Assembly: GCA_051362555.1 (NCBI GenBank)
Contig: CM120640.1
Span: 66,628,788-66,692,787, forward strand
Reading direction: 5' to 3'
Length of the DNA: 64,000 nt
DNA from: Lingula anatina
Lineage: Eukaryota; Animalia; Brachiopoda
The translations under genes and the position numbers were made by a program. Numbering within the stretch: position 1 is the stretch's first letter; each line of letters begins with the position of its first letter. Under the pieces are notes generated by a model. The model searched no databases. It was not told the DNA's origin and was given only the letters and a program-made list of their open reading frames with translations. Positions 61,766 to 64,000 of this stretch are shown here, in pieces.

Positions 61766-61911
61766 ATAATAATAATAATATTCAAGTATATGGTGCCTTA
61801 CGTGCTACCTCAAGGCGCCTTACAATAATATAACTAAAATCATTACAAAATCACTACAATATTTAAATCTGAAACAATTGGAAACCATTTAAAGTTAACA
61901 CTACTAAAAAC

Positions 61912-61969
<58 letters not shown>

Positions 61970-62340
61970 AGATATAGACAGATTTAAAAATGTGAGTTTT
62001 AAGAAGGGATTTAAAACTGTCAAAGTCGTCTGCTTTTCTAATAAAATTTGGTAAGGCGTTCCATAATTTGGAGGCATAGATTATAAAAGCCCGATCTCCA
62101 TAACTTTTGAGGCACCCCTTCTCTAAAATAGACTGTTCTAAAATAAGGTCATTCTCAGAATTAAAATGTGTGGACCGCCTTGGTCAGTTAAAACAGATAG
62201 GATCAGATAAATATAATGGTCCTTGTGTATGTATCGCCTTAAAAATAATACAAATACAAGCAGCCAGTTTTATCCTTTCAGAATGGGAGTGATATGGTGT
62301 GTACTATTGCACTTTATTTGACAAACCAGTCTTGCAGCTC
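61766..62340 (-). mobile_element. L2/CR1-clade LINE 3' fragment with (TTA)n tail and internal (TA)n
   Basis: Minus frame reads KSYGDRAFIIYASKLWNALPNFIRKADDFDSFKSLLKTHIF; the 3' end is AAGGCACC..(TTA)n. Confidence 0.85.
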
Positions 62341-63394
62341 AGTTTTTCTCGGAAAGATATAGCAGTACATTAGATTTTCAGTCACAAAAAATACTACATG
62401 AGAAAACAAGTTAGCATTACTTTATAAGCCTTGATAATCATGCTATTTGTATTAAAGACTCACCTAATCAAGTCCTGCTTAGTATAATGCTCCCAAAGTT
62501 TTGATATCATAAAGTCTGTGTTATCCATACATTTTTCTCATATTTCTTTACTGAAAACTAGCAGGTGACCTAACTTTACTCTTTACATTAAAATTGTAAA
62601 TAGTAACTTAAATAGGGGAAATTATCATAATGATACTTTCTACCTGATTGTAACATGCCAAATTAGTCCTCAGTGTTGAGGCAGATGTTGGACTAGTCAA
62701 AATGTATGATCATGCATGATTCTTGGGACAAAATGCATCAAATACTATCATGTTGAGGCACCCTTAACATTGATAACTGCTTTGCTTTGATATCACAACT
62801 TCTAACAGTGTAGCTGGTTACCAATGGACTTTACCTACAACAAATATTCTTACAAATAAGTTGTATACCAAAAGAAAATTAGCAAAATTAATAAATTATG
62901 AACATCTTAGGGCAAGGAGCATGAGGGAAAATATATATTGGTATTTTAAGTTTGTGACAAAAATGCTGAACACCATAACAAATATTCATATAATTTACTA
63001 CTATGTAGAGAAGATGCCTCATTTTCTTTCAAATAAGAAAGACTAAAAACATGTTTTAATTCACTGTGACTTGTTTAAAATATATTCATATACAATTAAA
63101 AGAATCAAATAAAAATGTTAACTAATCTGGGGTGGGCACTGCTAAATCCATGCACATTATAGATAGTAGTTTATGGATAAGGGAATTTTTTTCCTGGACA
63201 GTGGTAGAAGGTCCACAAGAGATTGAAACTGAAGCTGAGACTGGTAGGAGATATTTCTCAACTATTGGATGTCAACCAAAAGAATACCACCACATTGCTG
63301 TTATTGTATGACCTTGAAAGATTAACACCCATTGCCCCACTGTGAAAATTCATCATTTTAAAGTTTTTTTTAAAGATCACAAAAATATTTACCT

Positions 63395-64000
63395 GTGTGC
63401 TTTTGACTAAATCAAGTTATGTAGCAGGACACAAGTACAAAATTTGTATTTTAATCCATTTTTAAAGCAGAAATAGCGAAAAATGGAAAATTTGGTTGAC
63501 GCCATCTTGAATTGTGAATTTAAAAATTTGCATTTTTTTTTAATGTTTGAAAAAAGATTTTTTTATAATATTAACTCAAAACATTTACTTATAATGTATG
63601 ACAATATTAGGTGGGCTTGGCCAGTCTATGAAAAATGTATTTAAAAATGGCAAAATTTGGGCATTTTAGCTAAAATTTGAAATTTTGGAAATCTGCCATT
63701 TTTAGAGTTGTTTTTCTAAATTTTTAGGACTGTTTAAAATATTAAGTAATATGCATTTGACTAAATCAAGATATAATATTTAGCAGGATACTAAAATGAA
63801 ATGTGTGTTTTATCCATGCTTGTTTAGTTTAAAGCAGAAATAGGGACATTTTGCCATTTGATTGCCGCCATCTTGGATTAAGAATTTTAAAATTTGAATA
63901 ATTTTTTGAAAAATGTGTTTGAAAAAATGTATTTGAAATTTGCAAATTTGGGCATTTCAGCAAAAATTTGAATTTTTGAAAATTCCCCATTTTCAAAGTT
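63395..64000. repeat. Diverged ~355-bp tandem duplication with GCCATCTTG motifs
   Basis: TTTGACTAAATCAAG..AGCAGGA..TTTAAAGCAGAAATAG..CGCCATCTTG at ~63402 and ~63757. Confidence 0.6.

Overview
AT-rich, intron-containing animal genomic DNA; the repeat types suggest an invertebrate, possibly a mollusc (inference). Nested transposable elements dominate the first ~45 kb. The main structure is a ~25 kb candidate tyrosine-recombinase (Crypton/CryptonV-like) DNA element at ~16631-41614. It sits in an (ACAG/ACAA)n microsatellite and has TTGTGRGG motif arrays at both ends. It encodes a spliced minus-strand gene: seven exons join in frame to give ~1000 aa (repeats, Zn fingers, YR catalytic domain, Myb/SANT-like tail), with a probable PWWP-like first coding exon and a promoter near the right end. 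At least six other elements are nested inside it. The left 16 kb holds two copies of a Gypsy family with two splice-acceptor-led accessory ORFs after integrase, self-nested Helentron/HINE elements, and an EnSpm/CACTA-type element containing a Penelope fragment with a hammerhead-like motif. The right side holds 13 in-frame exons of a host LRR gene on the + strand, with a complete HINE carrying a higher-order 146-bp array in one intron. All calls come from manual reading; no database searches were run.
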